Source: Leucoraja ocellata (Eukaryota). Taken from it: a stretch of DNA of 64,000 nt. The notes below the pieces were generated by a model, which made no database searches, was not told the origin of the DNA, and was given only the letters and a program-made list of their open reading frames with translations. The position numbers and the translations under genes were made by a program. The DNA lies in contig JAWMAR010000005.1 in NCBI GenBank assembly GCA_036785375.1, positions 434,001 to 498,000 on the forward strand. The letters run 5' to 3'. Shown one piece after another: positions 14,201-26,200 of this stretch (position 1 is the stretch's first letter; every line of letters starts with the position of its first letter).

Positions 14201-17200
14201 CTGAACTCAGTAACATTGTTCTGGTTTAAGTATCACAAGGGCCCATTCCTGTGCTGTGCACACCTATGGCCCTAATCAAAAGGACTCCATATTGCATGCG
14301 ATAGAATGACTACTTCTTGTGTACAGCGTGCACAGCCTCACGAAACACTACATCTAGTGGTTTGTGCACGTCGGGTTGATTGCATTAGTCAAAACAGGGT
14401 GGACCACGTGAAGGTTGCATTCTCCCATCCTATAGAATGACTAAAACAATTCTTCATATTTAGTGTTAGATTCTGTGCACTCTTTAAGCATGGTTGTGCT
14501 GAGTGTTTTTTTTTTTAAGAAGACGTATTTTCCCATTAAAGTTGCAAATCCTCCGATCCTGATCCAATTCCCGAGGCTGGAGCGTGTCACTGAGGGTCAC
14601 ACAGCATGGTTATGGTGCTCCATGGAGAACGCTGAAGTGGGAAACACTGATGTCCACTGGTACCGAGAACTACCCGGGCAGGACATGGAGTGGGTTTTAA
14701 CACACGAGGCAGGAGGCAGCGTACGAAGGAGACCAGGCTTCACTGAGCGGTTCCAGCCGTTCAAAGACGTCTCCAACAGCAGCTTCATCCTGAATGTCAC
14801 AAACGTGACGCTGAATGACTCTGCCGTCTATTACTGCACAGTGTGGGGAGATATCAGAGGGAATGGAACCCAGCTCAAAGTAACCAGTGAGTACAAATTA
14901 TATTTGGTTTTATTAACCTATGTGTAACTATATTGGGTATAATTCACTTCCCTTGAGTTGGCACATGTACCGGGAGTACTGAAAGAGTAAGGAGATCGTA
15001 CTGGAGCCCTGATTCTGGAGACCAATATATTGTGGCCCCTCACTAATGGTGTGAGCACTGATATGGTAACTGATGTCAGATCTGGGTTGTGGGAAATAAA
15101 TTTAAATGTGCAGTGTGTTCTTCATTGTAGAGAAAACTAGCAACATTGTTTAGTGCTCAGTGTAATAGCAGGGTACTGCTCACAGCTGTTTGAGTTAAGG
15201 TACAGGAGAGCAGAACAACAACTTGTCATGGCTTTAGATTAACCAATGCTGCCTCCATATTCCAATGGTTCAATAGTTCTTTATTTGTCACATATGCAAC
15301 TGTGCAGTGAAATTATTTTTGCATATATTACACATGCTGGTGGTGCCATGTTTTGGCGCCTTCATTCAAAGTGCAACGTCCGGTCAGCCCACAACTCGAT
15401 GTACTGGAGTAGTTCCCACGAACCAACGTCCCTCTCCTCTCCTCGCCCGGCCATCGTTGTGTCTCGGGGTGCCTCCAGCAGACTATCTGGAGGCACTGGA
15501 GACATGTCCCTGGTTCAACCTCGCACCGGCCTTTGCTCCTTGTGTCTGACGTCTCCAGCTCACTCCCGGTCATGCCGACCGATGAGCCTTTTGACGGGTT
15601 CCCAGTCCCGCCGACCGTCAAAACTTCGGGCTTGTTTTCAACCAGGAATCACTGAGACTTGAACCACTCACAGAGCAGAGGCAACAACAACAACAACAAC
15701 GCTGTCACTGGATCCAAGGCCAGGCCTCTGGAACTGGCTGAGAAGAAACAGGTTACACGTTGATCACCTGTGTTCATGCCCTCCCTCAGGCTGACAGTTC
15801 ATTGTTGTCTGGATCTGAGTCATTGCTCATCAGCATTGCATTGATGCGGGCCCCTAATCCATGTTAAATAGTGTGAAGCACAGTTGAAATTCCCCCTCAA
15901 TATAATTTCCATGTTCCAATGAAGTAGATAACTCATTGCACCATCGGCGGTAAAGGAAAGATAAGAATCCGACACAAAGGCAGAAGAATAGGGTCGTGTA
16001 TAGAACAGAGTCAACGTGGATGTATGAAATCGACATCATGGTTGAGAAATCTTTTAAAGCTCACGTTATTAGATGTTTGTAACTAGCAAAGTAGGGTAGA
16101 AACTCTTGGAGGAACTGGAATGAACAGCAGGTATCCAAGCTGAGAGGCTGTGACTAGTGAGAGGTGGAGTAGGGTTTGGTGCTGGGACCCTCACTGTTCA
16201 CAATCGAGGATGAGGAGACCAAGTATAACATCTCGCCACGGCCCCGCCGACTATCCACCCACTGGGACCTCCCACACATCGCCGCGACCCCGACTGAACT
16301 GCCACTGGACTACGACCATCGGGTCCGCTCCACCCCCCTCCAGCAACCCACAGCCGTCGCCTTACCTGGAGCCTGGACTCTGCACTGGGCCGCAAGCCTC
16401 CACGATGCTCACTCCCTCTCTCCTGGGCTCAACTCCACTGGGTCCTAGTGCCCCTCTGCCCAGCCTTGCTAACCTCAGTGGCTGTTCCACTGACTCTCCC
16501 CCATCCCCCTCCAACTATGTTACCCCTGCGCTTCCCACCCACATTACAGCCCTCTCACCCCCCCCCCCCCAACCCCCTGACCACCCACCACCCCCCCCCA
16601 ACACCACAGCCGCCCCCCCCCCCCCCCCCCCCGACACATCGCCCCATCACCAGTCTACCCACCTGCCTTCCTCTGGTCCCAACTCCCATCCCTGCCGGGT
16701 GTTCACCATCCCCCCCGACCTCCCCCTCTCCCACACCGAACGGTCTGTCCTCAGCAGAGGTCTTACCTTTGTCCCTCTCCGTCCCCATCTCAATGAGTTC
16801 CGCGCCCACCATGACTTGGAGCACTTCTACCGTCGCCTCCGCCTCACAGCGCACTTCCATGGGAAGGAGTCCTCGTCCCCCAATCATGACCCTTTTTCCT
16901 GTCTCCAACGCACCCCCTCCTCGTGGAACCCCCCTCGTAAAGTCCCGGCTCTGGAACTCTTTATCCAGAACTGCCGCCGCGACGTCAACCACCTCAACTT
17001 CTCCACTCCCCTGTCTCACTCCAATCTCTCCCCTCTGAACGCACTGCCATTGAATCACTCCGCAAAAACCCAGATTGGGTCATCAAACCAGCCGACAAGG
17101 GAGGTGCCATGGTAGTTTGGCGCGTCGATCTCTACCAAGCTGAGGCCACGCGCCAACTCTCGGACACCTCCTCCTACTTACCCTTGGACGATGACCCCAC

Positions 17201-20200
17201 TGATGAGCACCAGGCCACCATTTCTAGCACCATCACCGACTTCATCAATTCCCACGCCCTGCCCGACCAAGCTTCCAACCTCATCGTTCCCCAGCCCCGC
17301 ACGGCCCGTTTTTACCTTCTGCTGCAGAAGGGTTTCGGCCCGAAACGTCGCCTATTTCCTTCGCTCCATAGATGCCGCTGCACCCGCTGAGTTTCTCCAG
17401 CAATTTTGTGTACCTCCAAGTATAACATATCCAGGTTACTAGGTAGGCGATGCAACATGTGAGGAGGCTGCAAGGGGCACAGACAAGTATAAAGAGCAGG
17501 ACAAGTCAGATGGACTATATCTTCATTCACTACTGGAGGAAAACTTGACATGCAAAGCATTTTTTTTTAATGTTGTGAGACTGTAATGTCAGAGGAAACT
17601 GGGTGTTCTCATACACAAAATAACTTAAAGTCAACATGTAGAAAGAATGAGCAGTTTGGAAGGACAAACATTAAAAACAAAAGGCAAAGGCTGTTGTAGT
17701 AACTTAAAAGGTCAGCCAGCAAGTCCGGAGAACATGGATAAATCTGACATCCTCGATAATCTTTCTCTTCAATTATCCTGAGTCTCACTGGGAAGTATGT
17801 GATGGTATTCCAATTTTATAAACTGTTACACACTAAATGCAGGAGAAATATGATGCCTTCCATTGAGCTCCATGTATATTCACACAGATCCCCTGTATGA
17901 TCCGGTCCTTTATCCAGTCTCCGTCAGTCAGCAAGGTGGCAGAGGGTGTAACCGTGCAGTTGCAATGTGTCTTGCACAATGCTGGTGTGAATGACACTGA
18001 CGTCCACTGGAACCAGCAGCGACCTGGGAAAAACAGCGAGTGGATAATGAGCCACTTTGTGGATGGCAACGTCACCAGGTCCGCCCGTATCTCTGACCGC
18101 TTTCAGTCTTTTAGGAATGCCATGAGCAACAGTTACATTCTGACCATCACCAATGTCTCCATCAATAACACTGCTGCCTACAACTGCAGTGTGTGGAGTT
18201 ACATCTATGGAGCAGGATCCCAGCTCAATGTAACTGGTAAGTCATTGTTTGCCTACACTGACGATAACAGCAGCTCACACTTCAACTTCACACAATGACT
18301 CACTGACACATGGAATTCTGTGACCACTCCCAGAGAGTGGGGAAGTTATCCTTGGCGTGTAAAGTGCAACAGCTAGGAAATAGATAAGTGTGTGAAAGGA
18401 CGAGTACAAGAGAACAAAAATCAAAAGTGTGAATAGTCTCCGCAAAATGGTTTGTGGATGAAAAAGGATTTGCCTTTGGGTTTGAGCTGTCAGAGATGGA
18501 AGGTATTACCAACTAATAGCATAACGTCAAATAGTCATACAGCATGGAAACATGCCCTTCTGCCCAACTTGCCCACACCGGCTAACATGTCCTGCTACAC
18601 TAGTCTTACCTGTCTGCATTTGGCCCATATCCCTCCTGAAACAAATCAGAGTAAGTAGAGAAAGAGGATCACTTCATATGTTGTTAAAAGGAATAGATTA
18701 GCTCATAAATCCAATGGGAGAAGAAATATTATCAAATTTCTTAAGAAAAAGCCAAGCTTGAGGTTATGTGTTTGAGTTTAATTTATTATCACGTGTACTA
18801 ACATACAGTAAAAAGATTTTGCAGGCTAACTAGTCAGTGGAAAGACAATACATAATTACAATTGAGCCATCCACAGATACACGATAAAGGGAATAACGTA
18901 AATAACGTTTAGTGCTAGATAAAGCCAGTGATTCCAATCAAAGATAGTCCCAAGGATCTCCAATGTAGGATAGTAGTCCCAGAGGAACTCAGCAGAGGGA
19001 CCAGGGGTTAAATGAGATGGAGGAACTGAGTGAAATCAGGTTAGCCGGGAAGTGTTGTTAGGTAAATTGAATAGATTAAAGACCGATAAATCCCAGGGCC
19101 AGATAAGTTGCATCCCAGAGTACTTAAGGAAGTAGCCGCAGAAATAGTGGATGCAATAGTGATAATTTTTCAAAACTCTTTAGATTCTGGAGTAGTTCCT
19201 GAGGACTGGAGGGTAGCTAATGTAACCCCTCTTTTTAAAAAGGGAGGAGAGAAAAACGGGAATTACAGACCAGTTAGTCTAACATCGGTGGTGGGGAAAT
19301 TTCTGGAGTCAGTTATTAAAGACGGGATAGCAGCACATTTGGAAAGTGGTGAATTCATTGGACAAAGTCAGCATGGATTTATGAAAGGTAAATCATGTCT
19401 GACGAATCTTATAAAAAAAGATGGCGGATGTGCAGGAGTGGGCGCCGTCTGTGTATGGCAACCTGTCCGCAGTCCGTCTCTTCACCTTTTATTTATTTTA
19501 AGTCCTGTTAAAAAATGTAAGTTTGTTAGTTGGAGGTATTTTATGTGGTGGGCGGGGGTGGGGAAGGGGGAAAATTTAATTTTTAGTCACCTACCTGGTC
19601 AGAGAGGCAGCATCCCTCCAAGCTGCTTCTTCGCCCAGTCCTCGCGGCCTACCATCGAGAATGGAGCGGCGTTTTCCTGTCGGGACTGGCCGGGCTACAG
19701 CTTCGACAGCGGCACAGCGCTGGGATACCAACAGATAGCGAGCGATGCCTTACCGGGTCGCCGTGCGGTAAGCTCCGGAGCGCTGTGGCCGCCGACTCCC
19801 AACATTGCAGAGCTGTGGCTGCGGGCAGCCGGCCGCTGGCGGTGCTGGATTTGGAGCACCGTGGAGCACTGAGTTCGCCGGGGTCGGAGCTCCAACCGGC
19901 GCGGCCTGAGGGCTACAAGTGCCCCGGCCTCCGGTCTCTGGGCAGGAGGCAGCAGTTCCAGAATTTCCAAGCCGCTGAGGAATGTTTCACCCGACGACAG
20001 AGTTCCATCTTCACGTCAAGAGGGCCCTGAAAATCATCGGACTGGCTGCAAGGCTACAAATGGGCCCCGACCTCGGGTGTTTCAGAGGAAGAGGACTTAA
20101 CTTTCTGGTGCCTTTCCCCACAGTGGAAATGTTTGATTGTGCTGTGGGGGGACGTTTGTGTTGAACTCTAAAATGTGTTGTGTCCATTTTCTTTATTTTT

Positions 20201-23200
20201 TTAACCTTTTTCTCTGGTTTGTATGGAAACTTATTATCTAATTTATGTAAAGCACTGGTGTCAATGCGAGTTGACTTAAAACGTGCTATATAAATAAAAC
20301 TTACTTACTTACTTATAGAATTTTTTGAGGATGTAACTAGTAGAGTGGATAAAGGAGAACCAGTGGATGTGCTATATCTGGACTTTCAGAAGGTTTTTGA
20401 CAAGGTCCTACATAAGAGATTAGTAAACAAACCTAAAGCACACGGTATTGGGGGTTCAGTATTGATGTGGATAGAGAACTGGCTGATAAACAGGAAGCAA
20501 AGTGTAGGAGTAAACGGGTCCTTTTCAGAATGGCAGGCAGTGACTAGTGGGGTACCGCAAGGCTCAGTGCTGGGAACCCAGCTATTTACAATATATATTA
20601 ATGATCTGGATGAGGGAATTGAATGCAACATCTCCAAGTTTGCGGATGACACAAAGCTGGGGGCAGTGTTAGCTGTGAGGAGGATGCTAGGAGGCTGCAA
20701 GGTGACTTGGATAGGTTGGGTGAGTGGGCAAATGCATGGCAGATGCAGTATAATGTGGATAAATGTGAGGTTATCCACTTTGGTGGCAAAAACAGGAAAG
20801 TAGACTATTATCTGAATGGTGGTCGATTAGGAAAAGGGGAGATACACCAGTCATTGAAAGTAGGAATGCAGGTGCAGCAGGCAGTGAAGAAAGCAAATGG
20901 TATGTTAGCATTCATATAAAAAGGATTTGAGTATAAGAGCAGGGAGATTCTACTGCAGTTGTACAGGGTCTTGGTGAGACCACACCTGGAGTATTGCGTA
21001 CAGTTTTGGTCTCCTAATCTGAGGAAAGACATTCTTGACATAGAGGGAGTACAGAGAAGGTTCACCAGACTGATTCCTAGGATGGCAGGACTTTCATATG
21101 AAGAAAGACTGGATAGACTCGGCTTGTACACGCTAGAATTCAGAATATTGAAGGTGGATCTTATAGTAACTTACTAAACTCCTAAGTGGTTGGACAGGCT
21201 AGATGCAGGAAGATTATTCCAGATGTTGGGGAAGTCCAGAACTAGGGGTCACAGTTTAAGGATAAGAGGGAAGTCTTTTAGGACCGAGATGAGAAAATCA
21301 TTTTTTATACAGAGAGTGGTGAATCAGTGGAATTCTCTGTCACAGAAGGTAGTTGAGGCCAGTTCATTGGCTATATTGAAGAGGGAGTTAGATGTGGCCC
21401 TTGTGGCTAAAGGGATCAGGGGTATGGAGAGAAGGCAGGGATGGGATACTGAGTTGGATAATCAGCCATGATCATATCGAATGGCGGTGGTGGCTCGAAG
21501 GGCCGAACGGCCTACTCCTGCACCTATTTTTATGTTTCTATGTTTCTATATGGAAGGTACACAAAAATGCTGGAGAAACACAGAAGGTGCAGCAGCATCT
21601 ATGGAGTGAAGAAAGGCAATGTTTCGAAACGTTGCCTATTTCCTTCGCTCCATAGATGCAGCTGCACCCGCTGAGTTCCTCCAGTATTTTTGTGTACCTT
21701 CGAGTGGAAAGACAGGTATATGTGAGAGTTTTTATTTTATGCCTTTGTTGCTTGTCAAATGCCTTCTGAAAGTCCAAATTCACATCAGCTAGTTTTCCCT
21801 TATCTGTGCTGGTAACTACAATCTCAAAAAATTAGCTGATTTGTTGAATATGATTTCCTTTACAAAAACATTTTGACTCCACCCTGCCCTGATATATTCC
21901 AAATGCCTCACTTACTTATTAATAAACTAATAATAGATTACAGCTCTTCCCTCATCCATGTTTCCCCTCATAATCTTGTGTGGCAATCTACACTCTCAAC
22001 TCATCCGTCTCACCTCCTGTGCTTCTTGCTTTAAAGTGAATGCAGCTAAACCTACCAGTCCTCTCATGCTCCCCCTCTCATCTCTGCCAATGCTTCCACT
22101 GGACTTGCCTGTTCTATTGTCTACATATGAGTCCGTTGGCATTCTGGTCCCAACCCCTTGTCTCACTAGTTTAAACTCTCTTGAGTAGCAGGAGCAAACC
22201 TCTCCACAAACCCATTCATAACTTTGTTTGGCCCCATGCACAAGTTATATAATATTGCAGGATCACTGAACTCAGTAGCATTGTTCTGGTTTAAGTATCA
22301 CAAGGGCCCATTCCTGTGCTGTGCACACCTATGGCCCGAATAAAAGGACTCCATATTGCATGCGATAGAATGACTACTTCTTGTGTACAGCGTGCACAAC
22401 CTCACGAAACACTACATCTATTTGTTTGTGCACATCGGGTTGATTGCATTAGTCGAAACAGGGTGGACCACGTGAAGGTTGCAATCTCCCATCCTATAGA
22501 ATGACTAAAACAATTCTACATATTTAGTGTTAGATTCTGTGCACTCTTTAAGCAGGGTTGTGCTGAGTGTTTTTTTTTAAGAAGACGTATTTTCCCATTA
22601 AAGATGCGAATCCTCCGATCCTGATCCAATCCCCGAGGCTGGAGCGTGTCACTGAGGGTCACACGGCACGGTTATGGTGCTCCATGGAGAACGCTGAAGT
22701 GGGAAACACTGACGTCCACTGGTACCGAGAACTACCCGGGCAGGACATGGAGTGGGTTTTAACACACGAGGCAGGAGGCAACGTACGAAGGAAACCAGGC
22801 TTCACTGAGCGGTTCCAGCCGTTCAAAGACGCCTCCAGCAGCAGCTTCATCCTGAATGTCACAAACGTGATGCTCAATGACTCTGCCGTCTATTACTGCA
22901 CAGTGTGGGGAGATATCAGAGGGAACGGAACCAAGATGATTGTCACTAGTAAGTTCAGTTTACACAATACTAAACAATCTCCGTTAGTGAAAATATAGAG
23001 CAGTTTTGCGCGTTGTGGGATAGCAGTTTTGCACGTTCATTTTTATTTCAGTTTACAATATTTACAATGTTAAAAACATTAAAAGTATTGAATCTTTTAG
23101 TTGTCATAGTCATACAGCGTGAAAACAGGCCCTTCGGCCCAACTTGCCCATACCGATTCATTTTCATGTATATATTTATGCAGGGTCGGATTTAGATGAA

Positions 23201-26200
23201 GAGAGGCCCTAAGCTATTTCACTTGTGGGACCCCCCCCCCCCCCATTCCCTGGTCCAGATGTAAGTAGGAGAAGGTGTCCGAGAGTTGGCGCATGGCCTC
23301 AGCTTTGTAGAGATCAACGCGCCAGACTACCATGGCACCTCCATTGTTGGCGGGTTTGATAACCCAGTCTGGGTTGTTGCGGAGTGAGTCGATGGCAGTA
23401 CGTTTGGGGGGGAGAGATTGGAGTGAGACAGGGGAGTGGAGAAGTTGAGGTGGTTGATGCCCCGCCTACAGTTTTGGATAACAAGGTCTAAAGCCGGAAG
23501 ATGGCCATGAGGGGGGGTCCACGAGGAGGGGGTTGGTTGGAGACGGGAAAAGGGATCATCAATAGGGGGCGAGGACTCCTTCCCATGGAAGAATGCTGTG
23601 GGGTGGAGGCGACGGTATAAGAGCTCCAAGTCGTGGTGGGCGCGGAACTCATTGAGGTGGGGACGGAGGGGGACAAAGTTAATGCCTCTGCTGAGGACTG
23701 ACCATTCGGTGTCAGAGAGCGGGAGGTCAGGGGGGATGGTGAACACACGGCAGGGATGGAGGTTGGGGCCGGAGGAAGGCAGGTGAGTGAACTGAGGCCG
23801 AGGCGATATTTGATGGGGGGGGGGGGGTCGCAGAGTATCCTCTAGTATCTTTGCCAGCCACTGAGGTTACCAGTGTTGGGGAGACTGGCACTAGGACCCA
23901 GTGCAGTCAAACCCAGGGGAGTGGGACTAGTGCAGCTGGGATATTGTTGGCCAATGTGGGCTAGTTGGGCTGAAGGGCCTGTTTCCACACTAATCACTCT
24001 ATGACTCAATGACAATTACCTGTTTTTTCATCTCTGGCCTTTATCCAACCATCTTCCTGTCAAAACCCCTCACCTGTTTTACCTATTACCTGCCATGCTT
24101 TGTCCTGCCCTTCCTCTCTTCTAGCTTTCTATCCTCCCCTCCCCCCACACACACAATCAGTCTGAAGAAAGATTCCGGCCCAAAATGTCACCTATCCATA
24201 TTCTCCAGAGATTAAGCCTGTTCCCATGCTACACTGTTCTATGTTTTATTACAGACATTCACTTTGTTCCACCCCCTGCCCTCCCCCAGGTTCCTGGCTA
24301 CTTAGACCAACCTTGTCTCTCAGACCAACTCGCCTGCTCAGTTCTGATGAAGGATTTTCAACTTGCAGAGTAGATTGTATCTCTCCCCACAGGTGCAGCC
24401 TGATCTGCTGAGTGTGTTCACAATTTTCTATTTTTATCCCAATCTGGGTAGCTTTGGAGAATGCTATGATGGGGCATCTATGATGGGGCATCAAGCAAGC
24501 CTGTGTGTTTGCTTAAAATGAGAGAAATAAACACATGTTGCAACTAAACTATAAACCTTTGATATTTTTCAGATCAAACATATGAAAAGTTGTCTTCGAA
24601 AGTCTTGGGCGGTATTGTAGCCTGTGTCCTGGTATTCGTCCTCTTATTCATCATCTTAGCAATAGCAGTGTGCTATATGAAGAAATGGGTGTGCTTCCAA
24701 CACATGTTTAAATCCGAAGGGTGAGTAAAATGTATTTCCACATCTTGCTTTAATATGATATTGAATTAAGCATGGTGGGCACGGGCGTTGAATCCAGCAA
24801 AGACCGGAGGAAAGAGTCGTAGAACATGGAAGTTTCATGGATGGAACAGTTCAGGCACAGGTGCAAAGGTGGGTTTGCTGCCTTACAGCGCCAGAGAACC
24901 GGGTTTGATTCTGACTATGGGTGCTATATGTTCAGAGTTTGTCTGTTCTCCCCCGTGACCTGCATGGGTTTGCTCGTTTCCTCATACATTCCAAAGAAGT
25001 ACAGGTTTTCAGGCCAATTGTAGGTAAAATGGTAAATTGTCCTAGTGTGTAGGATAGTGTTATTGTGCGGGAATCGCTGGTCGGCGCAGACTCGGTGGGC
25101 CGCAGGGCCTGTTTCCACACTGTATCTTAAACTAAATTAAACTAAAACTTCAGTTATGTGGAGGGACTGGAGAGGCTGGGTCCCAATGCCAGCACATCCT
25201 TCCTCAGATATAGACTGATCATAATATGCCAAACTGCTCATAATACGCCAAACACGGTCTGAGCAGTGCCTTATAAAGCCTCAGCATTACAACCTATTTT
25301 GTATTATAGCCCTCAAAGTAAATGTGAGCTTTGCATTCACCTTCCTTACTACCGATTCGACTTGCAAATTAATCTTTTGAGAATCCTGCACCAGCACTCC
25401 CAAGTCCCTTTGCACCTCTGATTTCTGAATGATCTCCCCATTTAGAAAATAAGACAATTTTATGTGATTATTGAACATCCCACCACATTGCAGACCTTTC
25501 TTTAGACTTTAGAGGTATAGTGTGGAAATAGGCCCTTCAGCCCACTAAGCCCAGTGATCACAAACACTATCCTACTCACTGGGGCCAATTTACAATTTTT
25601 ACCGAAGCCAATTAATCTGCAAACCTGTACATCTTTGGCGTGTGGGAGGAAATTGGAGCACTGGAGAAAACCCACGCAGGTCACGGGGAGAATGTACAAA
25701 CTTCGTAGAGACAGCAGCCGTAGTTAGGATTGAATTTGTGTCTCTTGCACTGTAATGCTGCAACTCTACCGCTGCGCCATTGTGTTTATTTATTTATTTA
25801 TGTATTTATTTATTTGTTTTATTTTTTTATTCATATTTTTATTAGAAGCAGTATACAAAAGTATAAACCGCGGCATATGACATAATACATTTATTGTACA
25901 GCTTCCATTTTAATTTTAACAAAGATGAAATAGAAAAAGAGAGAAAGAGCAAGAAAGAAAGAAAGTGAAAGAGAAAGTGAATATGTAAGAATAGAACCCC
26001 TGCCAAATGAGTGTAATCAAAGAGTAAGTAAAAACATTTTTTTAAAAGGAAAAAAAAACACAAAAGTGTTGATCATACCACACTCATCACCCAGTCCGTA
26101 AATCGGTTTAATTCTGAAGTTATGTTGCAACATACTATCCTTGTATTGAATCCATGAAAGGAATCCATATATTTGAAAATTGCTCTGGTTTTCCTGCTAA

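Larger units (their letters stand above)
7459..22935 (+). repeat. Intragenic tandem duplication: unit 1 ~7459-14541, unit 2 ~14542-22603, plus a third copy of the type-B exon
   Basis: Introns and their TE insertions are collinear and near-identical between units, e.g. 7804-9130 vs 14887-16230 and CR1 10690-13260 vs 18975-21545. Confidence 0.95.

Noticed and set aside
5384-22948. A rearranging Ig or TCR V-segment array
   Set aside because: Only one leader exon was found. Every V already contains a J-like strand and ends in a splice donor. No heptamer-spacer-nonamer, D/J segments or C exons were seen.
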